Assembly: GCF_006345805.1 (NCBI RefSeq)
Contig: NC_043025.1
Location: forward strand, 558,001 to 622,000
From: Octopus sinensis
Lineage: Eukaryota
DNA: 64,000 bases
Direction of reading: 5' to 3'
Shown here piece by piece: positions 26,189 through 40,641 of this stretch. The notes under the pieces were generated by a model that made no database searches, was not told where the DNA came from, and worked only from the letters and a program-made list of their open reading frames with translations. Numbering within the stretch: the stretch's first letter is position 1; the number at the start of each line of letters is the position of its first letter. The position numbers and the translations under genes are program-made.

Positions 26189-26221
26189 TTTGATGGTTGA
26201 AATGTTTTGTTCCAAAGATCT
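26189..26221 (-). CDS. LRR exon 11 (partial, cut by gap; DLWN..ISTIK, 1 nt short)
   Basis: Same acceptor (ctttactgctatag) as the other exons; one base is missing relative to paralogues, possibly a contig-end error. Confidence 0.55.
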
Positions 26222-28576
26222 CTATAGCAGTAAAGAAAGAGTAAAATAGATTATATGGAAAATATTTGTGATACAACATCAAACACTGTGACTTGAGAAT
26301 GAAAGGAAAAAAAGAAGAAAGATAACGAAGAAGAAAGGAAGAAGAAGAAGGAAAGGAGGAGGCGAATAGAATTAGAAGAAGAAAGGAGAAGAGGTAGAAG
26401 AAAAAGAAGAGCAAGAAGGAATAGGATGAAAAAGGAGAGGAGGCTGATAAAAGGGAAGAAGATGTAGGAGAAAATTAAAAGAAGGAGAAGGAGGGGGGAT
26501 GAGGAGGAAGAGATAACAAGAAGAAGAAGATAAGAATAAGAAAGACGAGGAAGAGGAGGAGGAGAAGTAGATGAAGAAGTAGAAAGAAGAAAGGAGAAGA
26601 AGAAGAAGAAGGAATGAAGAGGAAAAGAATAAGAAGAAGACGAAAAAGAAGGAGGATGAGAGGGGAGGGGAAGAAGAAGAATTGCAAGAGAAGGAAGGGA
26701 AGAACAAGAAAAGAAGACGTAGAAGAAGTTGAACCAGAAAAAGAAGAATAATAGATGAAGAGAAGAAGAGGAGGAGAAGGAGAAAGAGAATAACAAAACA
26801 GAGTTAAGAAGAGAGGAGGAGGAGAGAAGATGTAGAAGAAGAAGAAGAAGAAGAAGAAGGAAGAGGAAAAAGGAGGAGGAGTAGATAAGAAGGGGAGAAT
26901 AAGTAGGAGAAGATGAAAAAGAGAAGAAGATGAAGAGGAGGAGGAGGAGATGAGAATGACAAAAGAGAATATAAGAAGAAGAGGGGTAGGAGGAGAAGTA
27001 GATGTAGAAGTAGAAAGAAGAAGAAGAATATAAGAAGAAAAAAAAGAAATAGAAGAATGAGAAGAAGAAAAGAAAAAGAAGGAGGAGGAGGAAAAGAAGA
27101 AGAAGAATTAGAAGAAGAAGCAGAAGAAGAAGAAAAGGAGCAGGAGTGGAAGGGAGGAGGAGAATTACAAGAAGAAAAAGGAGGAGGAGGGGCGGAGAGG
27201 ATTGGGTAGAAAAAAGAAGATGAAAAAAAGAAGTAGAAGAAGGAAGAGGAAAAAGGAGGAGGAAGATGATGATAGGGAAAAAGTAGGTGTAGAAGAAAAA
27301 GAATAAGAATAAGAATAAGAAGAAGGAGGAGGAGGAGGAAGGGTAGATGAAGAAGTTGAAAGTAGAAGAAGAAGAGGAAGAGCAGAAGAGGGAAGAAGAG
27401 AAGAAGAGAGAAAAGACGGAGAAGAAAATGAAGAAAAAAGAAAAAGGAGCAGAGAGAGGGGGAGGAGAGAATTACAAGAAGAAATAGGAGGAGGAGGGGC
27501 GGAGTGGAGGCGGAAGAGATTTAAAGAAGAAAATGAAGAATAATAATAAGAAAAAAATTAAAGAGAGAGGAGGAGGACCAGGAGGAGGAGACCAGAGGAG
27601 GGGAGCAGGATGAGGAGGAGGAGAGAAGAAAAGAAAAAAGATAAGAAGAAGAAGAAGAAGATGAAGGATAGAAGTGAAGAAAAAGAAGAAAAGAAGAAGA
27701 AGAAGAAGAAGAAGAAGAAGAAGAAGATGAAAGAAGAAGAAGAATAAGAAGGCAGAAGACGAAAGACAAATGAACAAAAATAAAAAGGCAGAGAAGGAGA
27801 AGTAGAATAAGAAAAAGAACAAAAAGAAGAAGGAGAAGAAGAAGAAGAAGAAGGAGAAGAAGAAGAAGAAGAAGAAGAAGAAGAAGAAGACATTGAAAAT
27901 CATGGTGTTTAAGATGAAACTGGAAATATTTTCGAAATATCAGGAAATAATTCAAGGATAGAAAGAAAAATTTTTGGCGAGAAGACATGGCAGAAAAATC
28001 AGGGAATTTACGGAATCAGAAATCAACATATTCAAATGCACTCATACGCATTCTTATATTCATAGTATCAACGACGGAATGCGGTATGCACACTCACATC
28101 ACACATATTCCCATTCAACCTTGTGGAAATATGGTGAGAGAGATTATTTATTTCATATCGCTTCATTGTCACAAGAATATTAGAAAACACACGCTCACAA
28201 GAAATATATCAGCACTTTAATTGTATCAGGCCAAATATTCCAGCTTACAAGTACAGTAAGTATTTCAGGTTTACAGAAAGAATGTATGTGACTATATTTT
28301 TTGAATATATATTTTCCGCTTCCACTTCAGTTGCTCTATATATAAAGGAACATTATATTTTTCCTATTATTTTAATTTCTCTCTCAAATTCTCTCTCTTT
28401 CTTTCACATTGTCTCGCTCTCTCATATTCTCTTTGTATCTTCCTAAATCGTGTTCATTCTACAAATTCGAATTGATTTTGTTTGGCGCAGTCTGAAATTT
28501 TTTACATTTGTGAGCTGATATATCAGCATCAATTATTACTTTCGGAAAATAGTATCAAGAAACTGAACGAACTTAC

Positions 28577-28648
28577 AATGTCTTTAAATTCGAAAGCGCC
28601 GTGAATGCTCCTTCTTTGATGGTTGCTATGTTGTTGGAACCAAGATAT
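28577..28648 (-). CDS. LRR exon 10, 72 nt: YLGSNNIATIKEGAFTALSNLKT(L)
   Basis: tactctttctttactgctatag acceptor, gtaagt donor, open 24-codon LRR. Confidence 0.88.
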
Positions 28649-30968
28649 CTATAGCAGTAAAGAAAGAGTAACATAGATTTATGGAAAATATTTGTGATAC
28701 GACATCAAACACTGTGACTTCAGAATGAAAGGAAGAAAAGGCAGAAAGATAACGAAGAAGAAAAGGAAGAAGAAGGACGAGGAGGTGAAGAAGAAAAAGA
28801 AAAAGAAGAAGAAGAATAAGTAGAAGAAGAAAGGAGAAGAAGGAGAAGAAAAAGAAGGGGAAGAAGTAATAGGAGGAAAAAGGAGGAGGAGGATGGTAAA
28901 AGGGAAGAAGTAGTAGCGGAAAAAGTAAAAGAAAGAAGGAGAGGAGAGGAGGATGACTATAGATGAAGAAGTAGAAAGAAGAAGAAGAAGAAGGAGAGGA
29001 GAAAAGGAGAGAGGAGAGATTGGAAGAATAATTAGGAGAAGATGAAAAAGAAGAAGAAGATGAAGGAGGAGGAGGATGAGAATAACAAAAAGAAGGATAT
29101 AAGAAGAAGAAAGAGTAGGAGGAGAAGTAAATGTTGAAGTAGAAAGTAGTAGAAGAAGAAGAAGAAGAAGAAGGAGAAGAAATATAAGAAGAAAAAAAGA
29201 GTAGAAAAATGAGAAGAAGAAAAGAAAAAGGAGGAGGAGGAAAAGAAGAAGAAGAAGACGCAGAAGAAGACGCAGAAGAAGAAGAAAAAGAAGCGGGAGA
29301 GGAGGGGCGGAGAGGATTGGGAAGAAAGAAAGAAGAGGAAAAAAGAAGTAGAAGAAGGAAGAGGAAAAAGGAGAGGAAGCAATGAAGGGGAAAAGTAGTG
29401 TAGAAGAAAATAACAAGAATAAAAGATAAGGAGGAAGGAAAGAGGAGGAGGAGTAGTTGAAAAAATTGAAAGTAGAAGAGGATGTAGGAGAAGAAGAAGA
29501 AGAAGAAATATGTAGAAGCGAGAGAAGAAGAAACAAAATAAGGAGAAGGAGGAGAAGAAGAAGAAGAATAAGAAGACGAAGAAGGAGAAGAAGAAGAAGA
29601 AGAAGAAGAAAAACGAGCAGGAGAGGAGGGGAGGTGAGAATTACAAGAAGAAAAATGAGGAGGAGGGGCGGAGTGGAGCGGGAGAGAATTTAAAGAAGAA
29701 AATGAAGAATAAGAAGAAGAAAGAAATTAGAAGAGGAAGAAGGAGTAGGAGGAGTAGAAAGAAGAAAAAAGAAAAAGAAGAGAAGCGAGAAAGAAGAAGA
29801 AAAAGGAAAAGAAGAAAAAGAAGAGAAGAAAAAGAAGGAGGAGAAGGAGCAGCAGGAGGAGAGGAAGAAGAAGGAGAAGAAGAAGAAGTAGAAGAAGAAG
29901 AAGGAGAAGGAGAAGGAGAAGAAGAAGAAGTTGAAGAAGAAGAAGAAGAAGAGGGAGGAGAAGAAGAAGAAGGAGACGAAGAAGATACATTGAAAATTAT
30001 GGCGTTCAAGATGAAACTGAAAATGTTCTTAAAATATCAGGAAATAATTCAAGGATAGAAAGAAATATTTTGGGCGAGAAAACATGGCAGAAAATTCAGG
30101 GAATATGCGGAATCAGAAATCAACATATTCAAATGCACTCATACACATTCTTATATTCATAGTATCAACGACGGAATGCGGTATGCACACTCACATCACA
30201 CATATTCCCACTCACCCTTGTGGACATATGGTGAGAGAGATTATTTATTTCATATCGTTTCATTGTCACAAGAATATTAGAAAACACACGCTCACATGAA
30301 ATATATCAGCTGTTTAATTGTATCAGGCCAAATATCCCATCTTACAAGTACAGTAGTATTTCAGGTTTACAGATAGAATGTATGTGACTATATTATTCGA
30401 ATATATATTTTCCGCTTCCACTTCAGTTGCTCTATTACATAAATAACGTGAAGTGAATGACAAAATTCGAAGTTGAATGATAATATCGAAACACGAAGAG
30501 AATATTGAAATAAAAATGGAGGAGGATGCAAAATATAAAATAAAGGAATAATATAGTCACATTTCACACAGAACTACACTTATATATGAACATACACATA
30601 TACTTCAGCTAAAAATATTTGATGCAAACATGTAAACTCACAAACGTTACCATTTCTAATACAAATTCATATCAAAATCATTGAAATTGGGGAACAAAAA
30701 TGAGTTATTGAGATGCGAATTGAAACAAAGCAACTACAATAAAGGAACATTATATTTTTCCTATTATTTCACTTTCACTCTCAAATTCTCTCTCTTTCTT
30801 TCCATTGTCTCGCTCTCTCATATTCTCTTTGTATCTTCCTATGTCGTGTTCATTCTACAAATTCGAATTGATTTTGTTTGGCGCAGTCTGAAATTTTTAC
30901 ATTGTGAGCTGATATATCAGCATCAATTATTACTTTCGGAAAAGTATCAAGAAACTGAACGAACTTAC

Positions 30969-31040
30969 AATGTCTTTAAATTCGAAAGCGCCGTGAATGC
31001 TCCTTCTTTGATGGTTGCTATGTTGTTGGAACCAAGATTT
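30969..31040 (-). CDS. LRR exon 9, 72 nt: NLGSNNIATIKEGAFTALSNLKT(L)
   Basis: AG/GT splice sites, 72 nt, phase 2-2, LRR consensus. Confidence 0.88.
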
Positions 31041-33299
31041 CTATAGCAGTAAAGAAAGAGTAAAATAGATTATATTGAAAATATTTCTGATACGACATCA
31101 AACGCTGTGACTTCAGAATGAAAGGAAGAAAAGGCAGAAAGATAACGAAGAAGAAAAGGAAGAAGAAGAAGGAGGAGGAGGTGAAGAAGAGGAAGGAAAA
31201 GAAGAAGAAGAAGAATTAGTAGAAGAAGAAGAGGAGGAGGAGGAGGATGACAAGTAGATGAAAAGTAGAAGAGAATAAAAGAAGAAGGAAGAGGAGGAAA
31301 AAGGAGGAGGAGGAGAATGATTGGAAGAATAATTAGGAGAAGATGAAAAAGAAGAAGAAGATGAAGGAGAGGAGGATGAGAATAACAAAAAGAAGGATAT
31401 AAGAAGAAGAAAGAGTAGGAGGAGAATAAATGTTAAGTAAAAGTAGTAGAAGAAGAAGAAGAAGAAGAGGAGAAGAAATATAAGAAGAAAAAAAATAGTA
31501 AAAAATGAAGAAGAAAAGAAAAAGGAGGAGGAGGAAAAGAAGAAAAGAAGAACGCAGAAGAAACGCAGAAGAAGAAGACAAATAAGCGGGAGGGAGGGGG
31601 AGGAGGAAATTACAAGAAAAAAAGGAGGAGGAGGAGGCGGAGAGGATTGGGAAGAAAGAAAGAAGAGGAAAAAAGAAGTAGAAGAAGGAAGAGGAAAAAG
31701 GAGAGAAGCAATGAAGGGGAAAAGTAGGAGTAGAAGAAAATAACAATAATAAGAAGAAGAAGAGGAAAGGAGGAGAGAGTAGTTGAAAAAATTGAAAGTA
31801 GAGGGATGTAGGAGAGAAGAAGAAGAAGAAATATGTAGAAGCGAGAGAAGAAACAAAATAAGGAGAAGGAGGAGAAGAAAAGAATAATAGAAGACTAAGA
31901 AGAGAAGAAGAAGAAGAAGAATAAGAAAAACGAGCATGATAGGAGGGGAGGTGGAGAATTACAAGAAGAAAATGATGAGGAGGGGCGGAGTGGAGCGTGA
32001 GAGAATTTAAAGAAGAAAATGAAGAATAAGAATAAGAAATAAATTAGATAGGAAGAAGGAGTAGGAGGAGTAGAAGAAAAAAAAAAGAAAAGAAGAGAAG
32101 AAGAAGAAGAAGAAGAAGAAGGAAAAGAAGAAAAAGAAGAGAAGAAAAAGAAGGAGGAGAAGGAGCAGCAGGAGGAGAGGAAGAAGAAGAAGAAGAAGAA
32201 GAAGTAGAAGAAGAAGAAGGAGAAGGAGAAGGAGAAGAAGAAGAAGTAGAAGAAGAAGAAGAAGAAGAGGGGAGAAGAAGAAGAAGAAGACGAAGAAGAT
32301 ACATTGAAAATTATGGCGTTCAAGATGAAACTGAAAATGTTCTTAAAATATCAGGAAATAATTCAAGGATAGAATGAAAAATTTTGGGCGAGAAAACCTG
32401 GCAGAAAATTCAGGGAATATGCGGAATCAGAAATCAACATATTCAAATGCACTCATACACATTCTTATATTCATAGTATCAACGACGGAATGCGGTATGC
32501 ACACTCACATCACACATATTCCCACTCACCCTTGTGGACATATGGTGAGAGAGATTATTTATTTCATATCGTTTCATTGTCACAAGAATATTAGAAAACA
32601 CACGCTCACATGAAATATATCAGCTGTTTAATTGTATCAGGCCAAATATCCCATCTTACAAGTACAGTAAGTATTTCAGGTTTACAGATAGAATGTATGT
32701 GACTATATTATTCGAATATATATTTTCCGCTTCCACTTCAGTTGCTCTATTACATAAATAACGTGAAGTGAATGACAAAATTCGAAGTTGAATGATAATA
32801 TCGAAACACGAAGGAGAATATTGAAATAAGAAATGGAGGAGGATGCAAAATATAAAATAAAGGAATAATATAGTCACATTTCACACACAGAACTACACTT
32901 ATATATGAACATACACATATACTTCAGCTAAAAATATTTGATGCAAACATGTAAACTCACACAACGTTACCATTTCTAATACAAATTCATATCAAAACAA
33001 TCATTGAATTGGGGAACAAAAATGAGTTATTGAGATGCGAATTGAAACAAAGCAACTACAATAAAGGAACATTATATTTTTCCTATTATTTCACTTTCAC
33101 TCTCTCAAATTCTCTCTCTTTCTTTCACATTGTCTCGCTCTCTCATATTCTCTTTGTATCTTCCTAGTCGTGTTCATTCTACAAATTCGAATTGATTTTT
33201 TTTGGCGCAGTCCTGTCAATGTTTTTACATTTGTGAGCTGATATATCAGCATCAATTATTACTTTCGGAAAATAGTATCAAGAAACTGAACGAACTTAC

Positions 33300-33371
33300 A
33301 ATGTCTTTAAATTCGAAAGCGCCGTGAATGCTCCTTCTTTGATGGTTGCTATGTTGTTGGAACCAAGATTT
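33300..33371 (-). CDS. LRR exon 8, 72 nt: NLGSNNIATIKEGAFTALSNLKT(L)
   Basis: AG/GT splice sites, 72 nt, phase 2-2, LRR consensus. Confidence 0.88.
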
Positions 33372-35656
33372 CTATAGCAGTAAAGAAAGAGTAAAATAGA
33401 TTATATTGAAAATATTTCTGATACGACATCAAACGCTGTGACTTCAGAATGAAAGGAAGAAAAGGCAGAAAGATAACGAAGAAGAAAAGGAAGAAGAAGA
33501 AGGAGGAGGAGGTGAAGAAGAGGAACGAAAAGAAGAAGAAGAAGAATTAGTAGAAGAAGAAGGAGGAGAGGAGGAGGATGACAAGTAGATGAAGAAGTAG
33601 AAAGAAGAAGAAGAAGAAGGAAGAGGAGGAAAAAGGAGGAGGAGGAGAATGATGGGGAAGAATAAGTAGGAGAAGATGAAAAAGAAGAAGAAGATGAAGG
33701 AGGAGGAGGATGAGAATAACAAAAAGAAGAATATAAGAAGAAGAAAGAGGAGTAGGAGGAGAAGTAAATGTTGAAGTAGAAAGTAGTAGAAGAAGAAGAA
33801 GAAGAAGGAGAAGAAGTATAAGAAGAAAAAAAGAGTAGAAAAATGAGAAGAAGAAAAGAAAAAGGAGGAGGAGGAAAAGAAGAAGAAGAAGACGCAGAAG
33901 AAGACGCAGAAGAAGAAGAAAAAGAAGCGGGAGTGGAGGGGGAGGAGGAGAATTACAAGAAAAAAAGGAGGAGGAGGGGTGGAGAGGATTGGGAAGAAAG
34001 AAAGAAGAGGAAAAAAGAAGTAGAAGAAGAAAGAGGAAAAAGGAGAGGAAGCAATGAAGGGGAAAAGTAGGAGTAGAAGAAAAATAAGAAGAATAAGAAG
34101 AAGAAGGAGGAGGAGAAGGAGGAGGAGGAGTAGTTGAAAAAATTGAAAGTAGAAGAGGATGTAGGAGAAGAAGAAGAAGAAGAAATATGTAGAAGCGAGA
34201 GAAGAAGAAACAAAATAAGGAGAAGGGAGAAAAGAAGAAGAAGAATAAGAAGACGAAGAAGGAGAAGAAGAAGAAGAAGAAGAAGAAGAAGAAGAAAAAC
34301 GAGCAGGAGAGGAGGGGAGGAGGAGAATTACAAGAAGAAAAATGAGGAGGAGGGGCGGAGTGGAGGGGGAGAGAATTTAAAGAAGAAAATGAAGAATAAG
34401 AAGAAGAAAGAAATTAGAAGAGGAAGAAGGAGTAGGAGGAGTAGAAGAAGAAAAAAAAGAAAAGAAGAAGAAGAAGAAGAAGAAGAAGGAAAAGAAGAAA
34501 AAGAAGAGAAGAAAAAGAAGGAGGAGAAGGAGCAGCAGGAGGAGAGGAAGAGAAGAAGAAGAAGAAGTAGAAGAAGAAGGAGAAGGAGAAGGAGAAGAAG
34601 AGAAGTAGAAGAAGAAGAAGAAGAAGAAGAAAAGGAGGAGAAGAAGAAGAAGAAGACGAAGAAGATACATTGAAAATTATGGCGTTCAAGATGAAACTGA
34701 AAATGTTCTTAAAATATCAGGAAATAATTCAAGGAGAGAACGAAAAATTTTGGGCGAGGAGACATGGCTGAAAAATCAGGGAATATACGGAATCAGAAAT
34801 CAACATATTCAAATGCACTCATACACATTCTTATATTCATAGTATCAACGACGGAATGCGGTATGAACACTCACATCACACATATTCCCACTCACCTTTG
34901 TGGACATATGGTGAGAGAGATTATTTATTTCATATCGCTTCATTGTCACAAGAATATTAGAAAACACACGCTCACAAGAAATATATCAGCTGTTTAATTG
35001 TATCAGGCCAAATATCCCAGCTTACAAGTACAGTAAGTATTTCAGGTTTACAGATAGAATGTATGTGACTATATTATTCGAATATATATTTTCCGCTTCC
35101 ACTTCAGTTGCTCTATTACATAAATAACGTGAAGTGAATGACAAAATTCGAAGTTGAATGATAATATCGAAACACGAAGGAGAATATTGAAAGAAGAAAT
35201 GGAGGAGGATGCAAAATATAAAATAAAGGAATAATATAGTCACATTTCACACAGAACTACACTTATATATGAACATACACATATACTTCAGCTAAAAATA
35301 TTTGATGCAAACATGTAAACTCACAAACGTTACCATTTCTAATACAAATTCATATCAAAATCATTGAAATTGGGGAACAAAAATGAGTTATTGAGATGCG
35401 AATTGAAACAAAGCAACTACAATAAAGGAACATTATATTTTTCCTATTATTTCACTTTCACTCTCAAATTCTCTCTCTTTCTTTCACATTGTCTCGCTCT
35501 CTCATATTCTCTTTGTATCTTCCTAAATCGTGTTCATTCTACAAATTCGAATTGATTTTGTTTGGCGCAGTCTGAAATTTTTTACATTTGTGAGCTGATA
35601 TATCAGCATCAATTATTACTTTCGGAAAATAGTATCAAGAAACTGAACGAACTTAC

Positions 35657-35728
35657 AATGTCTTTAAATTCGAAAGCGCCGTGAATGCTCCTTCTTTGAT
35701 GGTTGCTATGTTGTTGGAACCAAGATTT
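35657..35728 (-). CDS. LRR exon 7, 72 nt: NLGSNNIATIKEGAFTALSNLKT(L)
   Basis: AG/GT splice sites, 72 nt, phase 2-2, LRR consensus. Confidence 0.88.
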
Positions 35729-35916
35729 CTATAGCAGTAAAGAAAGAGTAAAATAGATTATATTGAAAATATTTCTGATACGACATCAAACGCTGTGACT
35801 TCAGAATGAAAGGAAGAAAAGGCAGAAAGATAACGAAGAAGAAAAGGAAGAAGAAGAAAGAGGAGGAGGTGAAGAAGAAAAAGAAAAAGAAGAAGAAGAA
35901 TAAGTAGAAGAAGAAA

Positions 35917-35949
<33 letters not shown>

Positions 35950-38060
35950 GAATAGGAGGGAAAAGGAGGAGGAGGATGGTAAAAGGGAAGAAGTATTAAC
36001 GGAAAAAGTAAAACAAGAAGAAGGAGGAGGAGGAGGAGGAGGATGACAAGTAAATGAAGAAGTAGAAAGAAGAAGAAGAAGAAGGAAGAGGAGGAAAAAG
36101 GAGGAGGAGGAGAATGATGGGGAAGAATAAGTAGGAGAAGATGAAAAAGAAGAAGAAGATGAAGGAGGAGGAGGATGAGAATAACAAAAAGAAGAATATA
36201 AGAAGAAGAATGAGGAGTAGGAGGAGAAGTAAATGTTGAATTAGAAAGTAGTAGAAGAAGAAGAGGAAGATGAAGGAGAAGAAGTATGAGAAGAAAAAAA
36301 GAGTAGAAAAATGAGGAGAAGAAAAGAAAAAGGAGGAGGAGGAAAAGAAAAAAGAAGAAGAATTAGAAGAAGACGCAGAAGAAGAAAAAGAAGCGGCGAG
36401 GAGGGGGAGGAGGAGAATTACAAGAAAAAAAGGAGGAGGAGGGGCGGAGAGGATTGGGACGAAAGAAAGAAGAGGAAAAAAGAAGTAGAAGAAGGAAGAG
36501 GAAAAAGGAGGAGGAAGCAATGAAGGGGAAAAGTAGGAGTAGAAGAAAAAGAAGAAGAAGAAGAAGAAGAAGGAGGAGGAGAAGGAGGGTGAGGAGTAGT
36601 TGAAAAAGTTGAAAGTAGAAGAGGATGTAGGAGAAGAAGAAGAAGAAATATGTAGAAGCGAGAGAAGAAGAAAAAATAAGGAGAAGAAGAAAAGAAGAAA
36701 GAGAAGAAGAACGAAGGAAAGAAGAAGAAGAAGAAGAAGAAAAACGAGCAGGTAGGAGGGGAGGAGGAGAATTACAAGAAGAAAAATGAGAGGAGGGCGG
36801 GGGTGGAGGGGGAGAGAATTTAAAGAAGAAAATGAAGAATAAGAAGAAGAAAGAAATTAGAAGAGGAAGAATGAGTAGAAGGAGTAGAAGTAGAAGAAAA
36901 AGAAAAGAAGAGAAAAAGAAGAAGAAGAAGGAAAAGAAGAAAAAGAAGAGAAGAAAAACAAGGAGAGGGAGCAGCAGGAGGAGAGGAAGAGGAAGAAGAA
37001 GAAGAAGTAGAAAGAAAAGAAGAAGAAGAAGAAGAAGAAGGAGAAGAAGAAGAAGCCGAAGAAGAAGACACATTGAAAATCATGGTGTTTAAGATGAAAC
37101 TGAAAATGTTCTCAAAACATCAGGAAATAATTCAAGGATAGAATGAAAAATTTTGGGCGAGAAGACATGGCTGAAAAATCAGGGAATATACGGAATCAGA
37201 AATCAACACATTCAAATGCACTCATACACATTCTTATATTCATAGTATCAACGACGGAATGCGGTATGCACACTCACATCACACATATTCCCACTCACCC
37301 TTGTGGAAATATGGTGAGAGAGATTATTTATTTCATATCGCTTCATTGTCACAAGAATATTAGAAAAAACACGCTTACAAGAAATATATCAGCAGTTTAA
37401 TTGTATCAGGCCAAATATTCCAGCTTACAAGTACAGTAAGTATTTCAGGTTTACAGATAGAATGTATGTGACTATATTATTCGAATATATATTTTCCGCT
37501 TCCACTTCAGTTGCTCTATTACATAAATAACGTGAAGTGAATGACAAAATTCGAAGTTGTGTGATAATATCGAAACACGAAGGAGAATATTGAAATAAGA
37601 AATGGAGGAGGATGCAAAATATAAAATAAAGGAATAATATAGTCACATTTCACACAGAACTACACTTATATATGAACATACACATATACTTCAGCTAAAA
37701 ATATTTGATGCAAACATGTAAACTCACAAACGTTACCATTTCTAATACAAATTCATATCAAAATCATTGAAATTTGGGGAACAAAAATGAGTTATTGAGA
37801 TGCGAATTGAAACAAAGCAACTATAATAAAGGAACATTATATTCTTCCTATTATTTCACTTTCTCTCTCAAATTCTCTCTCTTTCTTTCACATTGTCTCG
37901 CTCTCTCATATTCTCTTTGTATATTCCTAAATCGTGTTCATTCTACAAATTTGAATTAATTTTGTTTAGTTCAGTCTGAAATATTATACATTTGTGAGCT
38001 TATATATCAGCATCAATTATTACTTTCGGAAAATAGTATCAAGAAACTGAACGAACTTAC

Positions 38061-38132
38061 AAGTAGTTTAAATTTGAAAGCCCCGTGAATGTACCTTCTG
38101 TGATGGTTGCAATGTTGTTCTCGTACAGATAT
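38061..38132 (-). CDS. LRR exon 6, 72 nt: YLYENNIATITEGTFTGLSNLNY(L)
   Basis: AG/GT splice sites, 72 nt, phase 2-2, LRR consensus. Confidence 0.9.
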
Positions 38133-40569
38133 CTATAGCAGTAAAGAAAGAGTAAAATAGATTATATGGAAAATATTTGTGATACAACATCAAACACTGT
38201 GACTTGAGAATGAAAGGAAGAAAAAGAAGAAAGATAACGAAGAAGAAGAAGAAGAAGAAGAAGAAGAGGAGGGGGCGAAGAAGAATTAGAAGAAGAAAGG
38301 AGAAGAGGTAGAAGAAAAAGAAGAGCAAGAAGGAATAGAAGGAAAAAGGAGGAGGAGGCTGATAAAAGGGAAGAAGATGAAGGAGAAAAAGTAAAAGAAG
38401 GAGAAGGAGGGGGTGTAGGAGGAAGAGAATAACAAGAAGAAGAAGATAAGAATAAGAAAGACGAGGAAGAGGAGGAGGAGAAGTAGATGAAGAAGTAGAA
38501 AGAAGAAAGGAGAAGAAGAAGAAGGAGAAGAAGAAGAAGAAGAAGAAGACGAAAAAGAAGGAGGATGAGGAGGGGGAGGGGAAGAAGAAGAATTGCAAGA
38601 AGAAGGAAGGGAAGAACAAGAAGAAGACGTAGAAGAAGTTGAACCAGGAAAAAGAAGAAGAAGATGAAGAAGAAGAAGGAGGAGGAGAAGGAGAAAGAGA
38701 ATAACAAAAACAGAAGTTAAGAAGGAGAAGGAGGAGGAGGAGAAGATGTAGAAGAAGAAGAAGAAGAAGAAAGAGGAGGAAAAATGAGGAGGAGTAGGAG
38801 TAAGAAGGGGAGAATAAGTAGGAGAAGATGAAAAAGAAGAAGAAGATGAAGGAGGAGGAGGAGGAGGATGAGAATAACAAAAAGAAGAATATAAGAAGAA
38901 AGAGGGGTAGGAGGAGAAGTAGACGTAGAAGTAGAAAGAAGAAGAAGAATATAAGAAGAAAAAAAAGAAATAGAAGAATGAGAAGAAGAAAAGAAAAAGA
39001 AGGAGGAGGAGGAAAAGAAGAAGAAGAATTAGAAGAAGAAGCAGAAGAAGAAGAAAAGGAGCAGGAGTGGAAGGGAGGAAGAGAATTAGAAGAAGAAAGA
39101 GGAGGAGGAGGGGCGGAGAGGATTGGGTAGAAAAAAGAAGATGAAAAAAGAAGTAGAAGAAGGAAGAGGAAAAAGGAGGAGGAGGAGGATGATAGGGAAA
39201 AAGTAGGTGTAGAAGAAAAAGAATAAGAATAAGAATAAGAAGAAGGAGGACGAGGAGGAAGGGTAGATGAAGAAGTTGAAAGTAGAAGAAGAAGAAGAAG
39301 TGGAAGAAGAAGAAGACGAAGAAGAGAAGAAGAAGAAGAAGACGGAGAAGAAAAAGAAGAAAAAAGAAAAAGGAGCAGGAGAGGAGGGGAGGAAGAGAAT
39401 TACAAGAAGAAATTGGAGTAGGAGGGGCAGAGTGGAGGGGGAAGAGAATTTAAAGAAGAAAATGAAGAATAATAATAAGAAAAATATTAGAAGAGGAAGG
39501 AGGAGGAGGACCAGGAGGAGGAGGACGACCAGGAGGAGGAGGAGGACCAGGAGGAGGAGGGCCAGGAGGAGGAGGAGGACCAGGAGGAGGAGGAGAAGGA
39601 GGTGAAATAGAAGAAAAAGAAAAGAAGAGAAGAAGATGAAGTAGATGAAGTAGAAGTGGAAGAAAGAAAAGAAGAAGAAGAAGAAGAAGGAGGAGGAGGA
39701 GGCAGAAGACGAAATGACAAAAAGATGATGAAAAAGGCAGAGAAGGAGAAGTAGAATAAGAAAAAGAACAAAAAGAAGAAGAAGGAGAAGAAGAAGAAGA
39801 AGAAGAAGAAGAAGAAGAAGAAGAAGAAGAAGAAGAAGAAGAAGAAGAAGAAGAAGAAGAAGAAGAAGACGAAGAAGAAGACACATTGAAAATCATGGTG
39901 TTTAAGATGAAACTGAAAATATTTTCGAAATATCAGGAAATAATTCAAGGATAGAATGAAAAATTTTGGGCGAAAAGACATGGCAGAAAAATCAGGGAAT
40001 ATACGGAATCAGAAATCAACATATTCAATTGCACTCATACGCATTCTTATATTCATAGTATCAACGACGGAATGCGCTATGCACACTCACATCACACATA
40101 TTCCCACTCAACCTTGTGGAAATATGGTGAGAGAGATTATTTATTTCATATCGCTTCATTGTCACAAGAATATTAGAAAAAACACGCTTACAAGAAATAT
40201 ATCAGCAGTTTAATTGTATCAGGCCAAATATTGCAGCTTACAAGTACAGTAAGTATTTCAGGTTTACAGATAGAATGTATGTGACTATATTTTTTGAATA
40301 TATATTTTCCGCTTCCACTTCAGTTGCTCTATATATAAAGGAACATTATATTTTTCCTATTATTTCAATTTCTCTCTCAAATTCTCTCTCTTTCTTTCAC
40401 ATTGTCTCGCTCTCTCATATTCTCTTTGTATCTTCCTAAATCGTGTTCTTTCCACAAATTCGAATTGATTTTGTTTGGCGCAGTCTGAAATTTTTTACAT
40501 TTGTGAGCTGATATATCAGCATCAATTATTACTTTCGGAAAATAGTATCAAGAAACTGAACGAACTTAC

Positions 40570-40641
40570 AATGTCTTTAAATTCGAAAGCGCCGTGAATG
40601 CTCCTTCTTTGATGGTTGCTATGTTGTTGGAACCAAGATAT
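40570..40641 (-). CDS. LRR exon 5, 72 nt: YLGSNNIATIKEGAFTALSNLKT(L)
   Basis: AG/GT splice sites, 72 nt, phase 2-2, LRR consensus. Confidence 0.9.

Noticed and set aside
25800-26414. ORFs spanning the N gap that appear to fuse RT with other sequence
   Set aside because: Artefact of translating through Ns between two separate contigs.
27987-28220. Recurrent plus-strand ORF MAEKSGN.RNQKSTYSNALI... in each array unit
   Set aside because: It recurs only because the unit is duplicated; it is disrupted in some copies, has no domain similarity, and lies antisense within the LRR intron.
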